Shown here: positions 49,716-57,325 of the stretch, piece after piece
Numbering within the stretch: position 1 is the first letter of the stretch
Layout of the letters: each line of letters starts with the position of its first letter
NCBI GenBank assembly: GCA_016926555.1
Contig: JAFGOI010000013.1
Location: 110,802 to 170,802 of the forward strand
Direction: 5' to 3'
Source of the DNA: Patescibacteria group bacterium
GTDB taxonomy: Bacteria > Patescibacteriota > WWE3 > UBA101185 > UBA10185
DNA: 60,001 nucleotides
Notes under the pieces: model-generated
Databases searched by the model: none
The model's input: the letters and a program-made list of their open reading frames with translations, nothing else
What the model was told of the DNA's origin: nothing
Program-made: the position numbers and the translations under genes

Positions 49716-50391
49716 TTGGATCCTCTATTTTATAGCCGAAGCCCCTTACTGTTTTAATTAACTTCGCTTTGCTCCTAAATGGTTTATCAATCTTGTTCCT
49801 TAGGTAGCCGATGTATACTTCAACTGTGTTGGGAAGTATATCAGAGTCATAATTCCACACATGATCTATTATTTTTTCTTTTGATAGGATAATATTTTTA
49901 TTTCTAAGTAGATATTCTAATAAGGAAAACTCTTTTCTGGATAAAATAATTTCTTTACCATCTCGGGAAACACTAAAATCTTGTGAGTTCATTTTTAAAT
50001 CGCCACATTCAAGTTTGTTCGGTATTAGGGTATTAGGTCTTCTAAGTAAAGCTCTAATTCGGGCTAATAACTCAGTAAAGGAAAATGGTTTTGAGAGGTA
50101 GTCATCCGCACCCGTATTTAAACCCAGCACCTTATCTTCAGTCTCGTTTTTTGCAGTCAGCATAATTATGGGAATATGATTTTCTCTCTTCCGTAAATTT
50201 GTGCATATATCCATTCCGTTTATTCCGGGGAGCATAAGATCAAGGATGATCAAATCATAATCTTCAGCAGAAGCCAGATCGTATCCGTCCAATCCGTTGT
50301 AGGCTATATCTACAGCGAAACCTTCCTGTTCAAGTCCTTGTTTGATTGAGTTAGCTATTTTGTGTTCGTCTTCAATAATAAGAATTCTCAT
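49708..50391 (-). CDS. OmpR/PhoB family response regulator
   Basis: IIEDE, DLMLPG, GADDYLSKPF and TVRGFGY motifs. Confidence 0.96.
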   Translation of the reverse strand: MRILIIEDEHKIANSIKQGLEQEGFAVDIAYNGLDGYDLASAEDYDLIILDLMLPGINGMDICTNLRKRENHIPIIMLTAKNETEDKVLGLNTGADDYLSKPFSFTELLARIRALLRRPNTLIPNKLECGDLKMNSQDFSVSRDGKEIILSRKEFSLLEYLLRNKNIILSKEKIIDHVWNYDSDILPNTVEVYIGYLRNKIDKPFRSKAKLIKTVRGFGYKIEDPNV

Positions 50392-50446
50392 TGGTGCTAA
50401 TTATAAATCTTACTCTGAGAATTTGCTGAGGAGGATAGGGAGTGTG

Positions 50447-51160
50447 TTACGCGCTGGCTTTTTTTGTGATAATAAGTACCTCCTGGAGTTTATTTAAATA
50501 TTCTTTTATATTTTCCGAGACCAGTTTTGGTTTTTTCCTCAGTCTCAGGGCAAGAGGATAAAACGGCTCCCCTATCTTGACGGCTAAAACCGGATGGTGT
50601 TTAAGGAGGTATCCTCCTATTTTGTTTACTATATTGTAATGCGGTTTTAAACCGTGTTCACTTACAGACACTATTTTTAAGTTGGCCTTACTTAGCTTCT
50701 CATATATTTCATCAACTTCGTATCTTCTAAAGTGTCCGCATTCCTCGTCGAAATCTGAAAAATATTTCTGATGAAGAGGTACAGAGAAAATAAACGTGCC
50801 AACTGTGTTAAGTACTCTACTTATTTCATTTAGAATATCCTGATCTTTTTCTATATGTTCCAGAACATCAAAAGCGCATATGAGATCAAAAGAATCGTTA
50901 GGGAAAGGCATTCTTTCGGGAGATCCTAATACCGCGCACCCGCTTCGTATATAGTTGAGCCTGTCAACCGCCTCTTTGCTTATGTCAAAATAGATGGTTT
51001 TAGATATAGGCAGCCTCGGGCGTACACCCGGTCCGATTTCTAAAAGTCTGCTTGTTGGTTCAATATAAGTTTTCAATAGAGACCATACCGGGAACTTAGT
51101 ATGGTCAATAAGTTGAGCATTTTTCCAAACTTTGTCGTAAAAAGATTTGTTGTCGATCAT
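50447..51160 (-). CDS. Class I SAM-dependent methyltransferase
   Basis: LLEIGPG, PFPNDSFDLI, DVLEHI and HFRRY motifs. Confidence 0.88.
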   Translation of the reverse strand: MIDNKSFYDKVWKNAQLIDHTKFPVWSLLKTYIEPTSRLLEIGPGVRPRLPISKTIYFDISKEAVDRLNYIRSGCAVLGSPERMPFPNDSFDLICAFDVLEHIEKDQDILNEISRVLNTVGTFIFSVPLHQKYFSDFDEECGHFRRYEVDEIYEKLSKANLKIVSVSEHGLKPHYNIVNKIGGYLLKHHPVLAVKIGEPFYPLALRLRKKPKLVSENIKEYLNKLQEVLIITKKASA

Positions 51161-51205
51161 ATACTTTCATTATTATACTGCTAGAAAGGCTTATTAAATA
51201 ACATG

Positions 51206-51741
51206 GTAGACGTCCCCGGGCCTGAAAGGCCCGAGCACTTTATGGCTTAAGAGTGATCGCGGTGTCTTTGAATATACCTTCTAACAATAGAATCATTGAT
51301 GGAGCCTAAGCTTCTGACAAAATACCCATCTTGCCAAAAGCTTGTTCTCCATACCGATTCTTCAAGCCTCGGAAATTGGTCCCTTATTTTCCTGGCCGTA
51401 CCACCCTTGATTATGTTCATTATTTCACTCGGAGAATATTTGGGTTTAGCACCAAGATATAAATGAACGTGGTCCTGTGCTATATGTAGCTCGTAGATCT
51501 CAAACTCGTGCAGTTGACACGCATATTTAATCATTCCCTCTATCTTCTTACTTATTTCCCCAACTAGGATTTTCCTGCGCCTTTTAGGTACCCAAACGAA
51601 GTGGTATCTCAAATCGTACTCAGTTTGTGCGGTTTTCTTTGCTTCCACACACCTATTTTACCTCATTGCTGTGCTAAACCCACTCGTACCCATGCAAAGA
51701 ACCATTCACCCCGGGCCTTACAGGCCCGAGCACCCTGGTTG
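51206..51741 (-). mobile_element. Minimal IS200/IS605-family element (tnpA only)
   Basis: Related subterminal hairpins CGGGCCTGAAAGGCCCGAGCAC (~51217-51238) and CGGGCCTTACAGGCCCGAGCAC (~51712-51733) flank tnpA; exact ends approximate. Confidence 0.8.
51247..51648 (-). CDS. tnpA: IS200/IS605 Y1 (HUH) transposase
   Basis: YHFVWVPKRR, DHVHL, IKG, FWQDGYF and YIQRH motifs. Confidence 0.95.
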   Translation of the reverse strand: MEAKKTAQTEYDLRYHFVWVPKRRRKILVGEISKKIEGMIKYACQLHEFEIYELHIAQDHVHLYLGAKPKYSPSEIMNIIKGGTARKIRDQFPRLEESVWRTSFWQDGYFVRSLGSINDSIVRRYIQRHRDHS

Positions 51742-51742
51742 T

Positions 51743-52414
51743 TTAGTGGATATAATAATCTTTTCCTTCTATTTTATTTTTTGTTAACGGATTCTTGGTG
51801 CATTTATCTGCGTGTTCATAGTCAACAAATCTATACATTAGGTGCTCATCACGGCCTTTAGGTATGCCAAGTCTGGTGGTTTGGATTATTTTTGTTGGTA
51901 TGTAATCAATGTGTTTTATCAATAGGCTATCTTTGTGAAATTGCTTCTGGTCCCAATCAGGTACTTTTAAGTTTAGTGATTTTGTTAAAAGTGTCTGTCC
52001 TGAACATAGTTTGTGAGTTTCCCTTATTTGATCAGTTAAGGGATTAAGATTTTTCATAACTTCTATCATCTTTGAATCCGTTTCGTCTTCTATAAAAGGT
52101 ACGCCCGCTTTTATAAGTACTGCGTCACCTTCGTCTCCGACACTTATGTTAAATGTGTCTTTACCGCGTGAGTAGTACATGTAGATTGTTCCGGGAGGCA
52201 TAAAAAGGGCTTTTCTTTTTTCTGTGTAGCCTAAAGACGAATGGCTTGCTTTTTCTTCTTTTAGATATGCTTCTGTTTCAATAACCTGCGCTTTTAGCCA
52301 GATATTTTTGTATTTGTGCTGGATTACTTTTCCAATTAGTTCTTGAGCGACAATAACAGCATTTCTATTAAAAAAAGGTGAGGTCAGAATATTTGGTTTT
52401 TGTTTATTTTTCAC
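51743..52414 (-). CDS. mpg: DNA-3-methyladenine glycosylase (MPG/AAG family)
   Basis: VAQELIGK, IETEAY, ASHS, PGTIYMY and TTRLGI motifs. Confidence 0.88.
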   Translation of the reverse strand: MKNKQKPNILTSPFFNRNAVIVAQELIGKVIQHKYKNIWLKAQVIETEAYLKEEKASHSSLGYTEKRKALFMPPGTIYMYYSRGKDTFNISVGDEGDAVLIKAGVPFIEDETDSKMIEVMKNLNPLTDQIRETHKLCSGQTLLTKSLNLKVPDWDQKQFHKDSLLIKHIDYIPTKIIQTTRLGIPKGRDEHLMYRFVDYEHADKCTKNPLTKNKIEGKDYYIH

Positions 52415-52456
52415 GGGAATATTTTAACAGAGAATTTGTTCGGGGAGAAAAGATGG

Positions 52457-52505
52457 GGAGCAGCGTAAAGTGCAGATTAAGGGGTAATCTGATTTACGCT
52501 GCTCC
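52457..52505. repeat. Long imperfect hairpin downstream of the GC-rich orphan
   Basis: GGAGCAGCGTAAA/TTTACGCTGCTCC (13 bp) with inner CAGATTA/TAATCTG (7 bp). Confidence 0.8.
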
Positions 52506-52527
52506 TTAGAGCCGTTGACAAAAGAGC

Positions 52528-52947
52528 TTATTTAAAGCTCTCCGGGCATTTATCAACGGCTAGCAGACCGTGGTCTGCTACGAAGTTACAGACCATCTCC
52601 CGAGCTTCCAGCTGGGATATACCCAGCGCCTGGGAGTAGTCTTGTGGGTGTTGGCCGAATACGACCACGAACGGGTCGTTTAACTCCTCGGCCTTTCCCT
52701 CTTCGACGATGGTGGCCCAGACCCTTTCCGGGTCTGCGCCTGCTACGATATCGTACCCCTTGAGGTACAATCGCCATGCGGCGTCGGCCGCCTCGGACTG
52801 GGATATACCCCGGTATGTGTCCCGGGTAATCCCCGTGATCTCGCTCTTCCACTCCTGGGGAAGGACCTCAGGGAGAAGAGCCGCAATGGCGCTGCATGCC
52901 AGCATTATCGCCAGTCCCACAAACAGAAGATTGAAAAAACGACGCAT
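52528..52947 (-). CDS. GC-rich orphan secreted protein or lipoprotein
   Basis: SD GGAGGTG before ATG 52947; MRRFFNLLFVGLAIMLAC signal; 60-62% GC in counted lines versus 32% in an adjacent mpg line. Confidence 0.7.
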   Translation of the reverse strand: MRRFFNLLFVGLAIMLACSAIAALLPEVLPQEWKSEITGITRDTYRGISQSEAADAAWRLYLKGYDIVAGADPERVWATIVEEGKAEELNDPFVVVFGQHPQDYSQALGISQLEAREMVCNFVADHGLLAVDKCPESFK

Positions 52948-53162
52948 GTTACACCTCCAACAAATGGGATATTTGAGCTTTTCGCTCATAAGCGTATTAT
53001 ACTATAGGTTATACCATAAATCAAGTCCAAAACGGGCACTTTCCCTTTTATTTATTTGTAAAAACTTAAGTTGGGTATAGGCGTGTATATAGCAGAAAAC
53101 AAGCAAAATACACTGTTACATCGGGCTTTTTACAAAATAATAAAAATGCATATAATTTCCCT

Positions 53163-53771
53163 ATGAAAATATTCATAGTATCGGGTCCTTCTGGCGTTGG
53201 AAAGTCTCATTTAATAAATGAATTAAGCCAAAAAGGTCTTTATCCCTTGGAAGTGTACACAGATCGAAAAAGACGCCCCTTCGAGGGTGAAATAACTGAT
53301 AGAGTGTATCTTACTCATAAAGAGTTTACGGATAGTCTAGCTGACTTTTTGTACTGGTTTGAGTTTCAGGGAAATAGATATGGTTATAAGACAAGTGATA
53401 TAGAAACTAACAGAAAAAAAAGTAAATCTGTAGTATTTAACATACCTCTAACCTTTTTACAGGATGTGCTAGATAAACTTCCTGAAGCGGTTGTGATTCA
53501 CCTTGATGTCGATACCGACAACTTTAATATGCTTTATGCCCGTATGGTTGCTAGAGATTTAAGCGGAGATGAAACCGAAGATGATAAGAATCAAAAGTTG
53601 AGTAAGATAAAAAAACGCTTGGATTTCGCAAAAAAAGAGATAGAAGAAATATCTGACTTGGGTTTTATTACAAAACATGATCCGTTAAGTAAAGTTTTTG
53701 TTGTTAAAGATAACTCTACTTTGTATGACGAAGTCATACCGTATATTTTGGATGTTCTTTGGATGGATTGA
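53163..53771 (+). CDS. gmk: Guanylate kinase-like P-loop kinase
   Basis: SGPSGVGKS, TDRKRRPFE and EFQGNRYG motifs. Confidence 0.7.
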   Translation: MKIFIVSGPSGVGKSHLINELSQKGLYPLEVYTDRKRRPFEGEITDRVYLTHKEFTDSLADFLYWFEFQGNRYGYKTSDIETNRKKSKSVVFNIPLTFLQDVLDKLPEAVVIHLDVDTDNFNMLYARMVARDLSGDETEDDKNQKLSKIKKRLDFAKKEIEEISDLGFITKHDPLSKVFVVKDNSTLYDEVIPYILDVLWMD

Positions 53772-53780
53772 AGTTAGTTG

Positions 53781-53834
53781 TGCTCCTGTGTTTGTTTGAC
53801 GACGTTGATTTGATTTTTGTCATCCACAGGAGCA
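53781..53834. repeat. Hairpin between convergent gmk and orphan gene
   Basis: TGCTCCTGTG/CACAGGAGCA 10-bp stem with inner TGAC/GTCA. Confidence 0.7.
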
Positions 53835-53843
53835 TCGGTTGGT

Positions 53844-54059
53844 CTAGTGGAAAGTAACCCTTCCCCCTGGTGAACAGTTTTTCACCGTTTTATTCCAGTA
53901 TTTCCCGCCGTGCCTAAGTTCGACTTTTTGGCCCGGCGTAGGAGCCCATTTTTCGTTGTGGGTAATTTCGAGTGTGTTTGAAAGCTCAAAGAAATTCCCA
54001 TGGGCCACTGGATGGGGTGTTTTTCCGTACCAAACACTCACATTTGTGCTCCCAGCCAT
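53844..54059 (-). CDS. Orphan small protein (71 aa)
   Basis: SD AAGGAGGTGAG before ATG 54059. Confidence 0.55.
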   Translation of the reverse strand: MAGSTNVSVWYGKTPHPVAHGNFFELSNTLEITHNEKWAPTPGQKVELRHGGKYWNKTVKNCSPGGRVTFH

Positions 54060-54185
54060 CTTTCTCACCTCCTTTGCTGTGATTTATTTGGCGGTATTAT
54101 CCCATAGCTTCACTAGCATTACAACTAGTGTTATTGCAACTTTGCTTTTAGTAATAATAAAAATGCAGGATATATAAAAGGAAGT

Positions 54186-55391
54186 TTAGCCCACGAGAAA
54201 TTCAGAATCCCTTTTTGAGTTCTTAAGAAGCTTTTTCACAACATTTTCCATTTGTATACCTCGAGATCCCTTAACGAGAAAAACAGCATTTTTACTAAGA
54301 AAATCACTGTCCAGGTGTTTATTTAAATCAAAGTCAGACGATTTATCCAAGATGTTTAAGGTAGCGCCGTTTACAATTTTCTTCGCTGCCTTTCTCATTT
54401 TCTTCCCAACCAAAATCACTTTATCCGAGTGTTTTAACGCATATTTGATGATACTTTCATGAGCTTGTATTTCTCCTGTTCCAAGCTCGAGCATGTCTCC
54501 AAGTATGCATATTTTCTTTTTGTCATTAAAGCTTCTTAAGTAATTTATCCCAGCTTTTACAGAGGCCGGGGAGGCGTTGTATGTATCATCAAGAACTATA
54601 GAGCCCTTTTTTCCTTCGAGTTTGGACATCCTGCCGGGGCTGTTTCTGACTTTGAGCAGTCCTTTTTGAATTTCTTTTTCGGACATTCCCATATGTGAAC
54701 ATACCTCATCGATTAAAGTCACTACGAAATCTACATGAGACCCTGCGAGATTTGTTTTGTAACCGTGCTTGGTATTTGTTGAAAACCAGATTTTTTTGCA
54801 TTTACCGGTTTTTTCCAATTTTCTGACATTTTTATCGTCTTTATTAAGAAAAGCTACAGAATCTTTGTCCATAAATTCTAGTAATTCACCCTTTGCTTTT
54901 ATTATATTTGCTATAGTCTTAAGCTTTTCTTTATGGACGCCGCTAATGTTAGTGATAATTCCTATATCCGGTTTTATATATGTGCATGTTTCTGCAATTT
55001 CTCCCGGTTTGTCCATGGCGATTTCGGAAACGGAAATTTCATGATCTTTTTTCAGATTGTTTACAATATCAGCGGATAATCCTAGTAGAGTATTTCTGTT
55101 TCCGGGGCTGGAAAACACACTGTATTTTCCAGATAGTACTGTGGCTAGAGCTTCCTTTGTAGTGGTTTTCCCTACCGAACCAGTTATACCGATCACCTTG
55201 ACTTTATACTGTTCAAGCTTTTTCCGAGCTAATTCATAGAGTTCCTCCGGCTGAAGTATTCCGGCGGCGCCTTTATCTAGAGCATCTTTGATAAATTTAC
55301 TTCCATCGAAATTTTCGCCTTTAAAGGGTATAAAGTATTCGCCGGGTTTGATAGTTCTGCTGTCAGAGGAGACCTTTATATTTAGATCCAT
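54186..55391 (-). CDS. murF: UDP-N-acetylmuramoyl-tripeptide--D-Ala-D-Ala ligase
   Basis: DSRTIKPG, GITGSVGKTTTK, DDTYNASP, LGDMLELG and VKGSRG motifs. Confidence 0.93.
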   Translation of the reverse strand: MDLNIKVSSDSRTIKPGEYFIPFKGENFDGSKFIKDALDKGAAGILQPEELYELARKKLEQYKVKVIGITGSVGKTTTKEALATVLSGKYSVFSSPGNRNTLLGLSADIVNNLKKDHEISVSEIAMDKPGEIAETCTYIKPDIGIITNISGVHKEKLKTIANIIKAKGELLEFMDKDSVAFLNKDDKNVRKLEKTGKCKKIWFSTNTKHGYKTNLAGSHVDFVVTLIDEVCSHMGMSEKEIQKGLLKVRNSPGRMSKLEGKKGSIVLDDTYNASPASVKAGINYLRSFNDKKKICILGDMLELGTGEIQAHESIIKYALKHSDKVILVGKKMRKAAKKIVNGATLNILDKSSDFDLNKHLDSDFLSKNAVFLVKGSRGIQMENVVKKLLKNSKRDSEFLVG

Positions 55392-55427
55392 ATAGCGCCT
55401 GAATTATATCAGATAGAGTAATAACGT

Positions 55428-55898
55428 TTATAATAATCCAGTTTTTCTAAACTCATCTAACGCTTTTTTGGCGGATTCCCATTGATTTTCAAAAACAAAG
55501 TGTTTTTCAAGGTCTTCATATGGTACCCATTTATATGCTTTGAGTTCACTTTCTCTTATCTTTATGTCCTTTTTGTCCCCTGTAAGTCTGACCAGAAATT
55601 GATGTTTTTCCTGACCGAGGAAGTGTTTACCTCTTTTACGCAAATAGTCTTCAGTCGTTTCTTTTGGCCAATCGTATTTAAGGATTTGGGGGCTTTTCGC
55701 CAGTATTTCAAAATTAGAAGTACCAAGTTCTTCTGTTAGTTCACGCAACACGGTCTCCTCCAGAGTTTCATTTTCATCAATTCCTCCACCGGGAGAGTCC
55801 CATTGGTTGTTGTCATAAATCTTTTTCTGCACTATGAGAAAATTGTTATTATTGTCTATAACGTATGCGTGCACACCTTGTCTGTAAGTTGGTTCCAT
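55428..55898 (-). CDS. NUDIX hydrolase (RppH-like)
   Basis: Full Nudix box GGGIDENETLEETVLRELTEELG; GQEKHQFLV. Confidence 0.9.
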   Translation of the reverse strand: MEPTYRQGVHAYVIDNNNNFLIVQKKIYDNNQWDSPGGGIDENETLEETVLRELTEELGTSNFEILAKSPQILKYDWPKETTEDYLRKRGKHFLGQEKHQFLVRLTGDKKDIKIRESELKAYKWVPYEDLEKHFVFENQWESAKKALDEFRKTGLL

Positions 55899-55905
55899 TG
55901 TTTGA

Positions 55906-56964
55906 TTATATACGATTAGGTTTTTTTACCTGATCAAAAGAAATCCACGTTCTGTCCTTTTGAGCTTTTTGTTCTTCTGATAAATTCGCTCCTTCAACAA
56001 AAATGCGAAGTATCAAGCGGGGTGTTAAAACATTATTTCTATCTAGATCATACTCAACTATACGCGCGACAGTAGCTCCCACGTAGTCATTGCAAATTTT
56101 TAGTTCCTCTCTTAATATCCGCAATATTGTATCGTTTAGAGTTTCACCTTTTCTTATCTTATCCATAAACAATAGTGCTGACTCGTCCCAAGCAATTTTA
56201 AAGAAGTCATATTTGTCGTCATCAAAGTTTAAAATATAAGGTTTCACAAACACTTTTCTTCCAGGATTTTTTATGTTAAATCCGCTAAAGTTCATAATTT
56301 TGAAAGACCTTTTGTAGTATTTATAAAAATCTGTCGGAATTAGCTCGAAATCAAATTTTCTAACAAAATCTTCCAGGTTGTCTGCGACTTTGTAGCTAAA
56401 TTCATTAGTTTTTGGAGGTTCACTTTCGGTTGTAATCAGGTGGTAAAGTAGATTGTCGTTAACAAAATGCACACTTTGATCATTTTTTGAAACAGCGTAG
56501 TAGTTGTAACTGTTATTCAGCAAAAATACGGCAGCCAGATCAAACTTCTCCATTACACTTACAGCTTTCTCATGATTTTCACTTGTGTATGTTGTGCAAT
56601 CAACAATTGTTGGGTTTACTGGGAGCAGGCATTTTAGTTTGGTGTTATAAATTCGTACTTTTAAATCTTGTAACGCGGTTTGTAATATATATATCGTTAT
56701 GTTATCGGTTTTGTCACATTCTACTAGTACTCGTGACCTTGGTAATTTGTAGTATTTGAGTTTTTCGGTTTCTTCAAATTCTTTTAGAGTTAACTTTGCG
56801 CCAAAAGGGGCATTTTCATAGGAAATATATGCAGTGTTTTGTTCATCCGAAGGAGAATTAATAATTACTCTTTGCATTTCATTTAGTAGTGATATCATTT
56901 TTCCGAAAAGATCTGGGGTTATGTTTACATTGGGTTTTAGTAGGTGATAATTTACTTTGTTCAT
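55906..56964 (-). CDS. Hypothetical protein with degenerate C-terminal Nudix-like domain
   Basis: GETLNDTILRILREEL partial Nudix box. Confidence 0.55.
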   Translation of the reverse strand: MNKVNYHLLKPNVNITPDLFGKMISLLNEMQRVIINSPSDEQNTAYISYENAPFGAKLTLKEFEETEKLKYYKLPRSRVLVECDKTDNITIYILQTALQDLKVRIYNTKLKCLLPVNPTIVDCTTYTSENHEKAVSVMEKFDLAAVFLLNNSYNYYAVSKNDQSVHFVNDNLLYHLITTESEPPKTNEFSYKVADNLEDFVRKFDFELIPTDFYKYYKRSFKIMNFSGFNIKNPGRKVFVKPYILNFDDDKYDFFKIAWDESALLFMDKIRKGETLNDTILRILREELKICNDYVGATVARIVEYDLDRNNVLTPRLILRIFVEGANLSEEQKAQKDRTWISFDQVKKPNRI

Positions 56965-57040
56965 GTGGCTTTATAATATCAGAAATATTCTTCTACTTTT
57001 CGAGTAAATCTCTTAAAGTAGTATTTGATACAATTGGTGC

Positions 57041-57319
57041 ATGGGGGAAATTATAATAACGAGAAAAATACAGAATCCGGAAATAATAACACCAGTGGAC
57101 AGAGCCGCGTTTTACGAAAAAGAAATTCAGCGTGCTAAAGAGGGTAAGGAGCCGGAGATATCTGTTGATGTAGTAAATATACTTCTTTTTAATGAACATA
57201 GGGAGATGTTTGTTCAGAAAAGATCAAAGGATAAGTATCATAATCCAAATCTTTTGGATAAATCGCTGGGAGGACATATAGAATATGGGGATATGGAGAA
57301 GTTTTTATTTAGGATATAA
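57041..57319 (+). pseudogene. Truncated IDI-like NUDIX gene
   Basis: VNILLFNEHREMFVQKRSKDK..NPNLLDKSLGGH; stops at the start of the Nudix box. Confidence 0.7.
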
Positions 57320-57325
57320 GATAAT

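Noticed and set aside
53136-54167. Exact 15-bp repeat AATAATAAAAATGCA at 53136 and 54153
   Set aside because: Low-complexity and AT-rich; a few such matches are expected by chance in 60 kb
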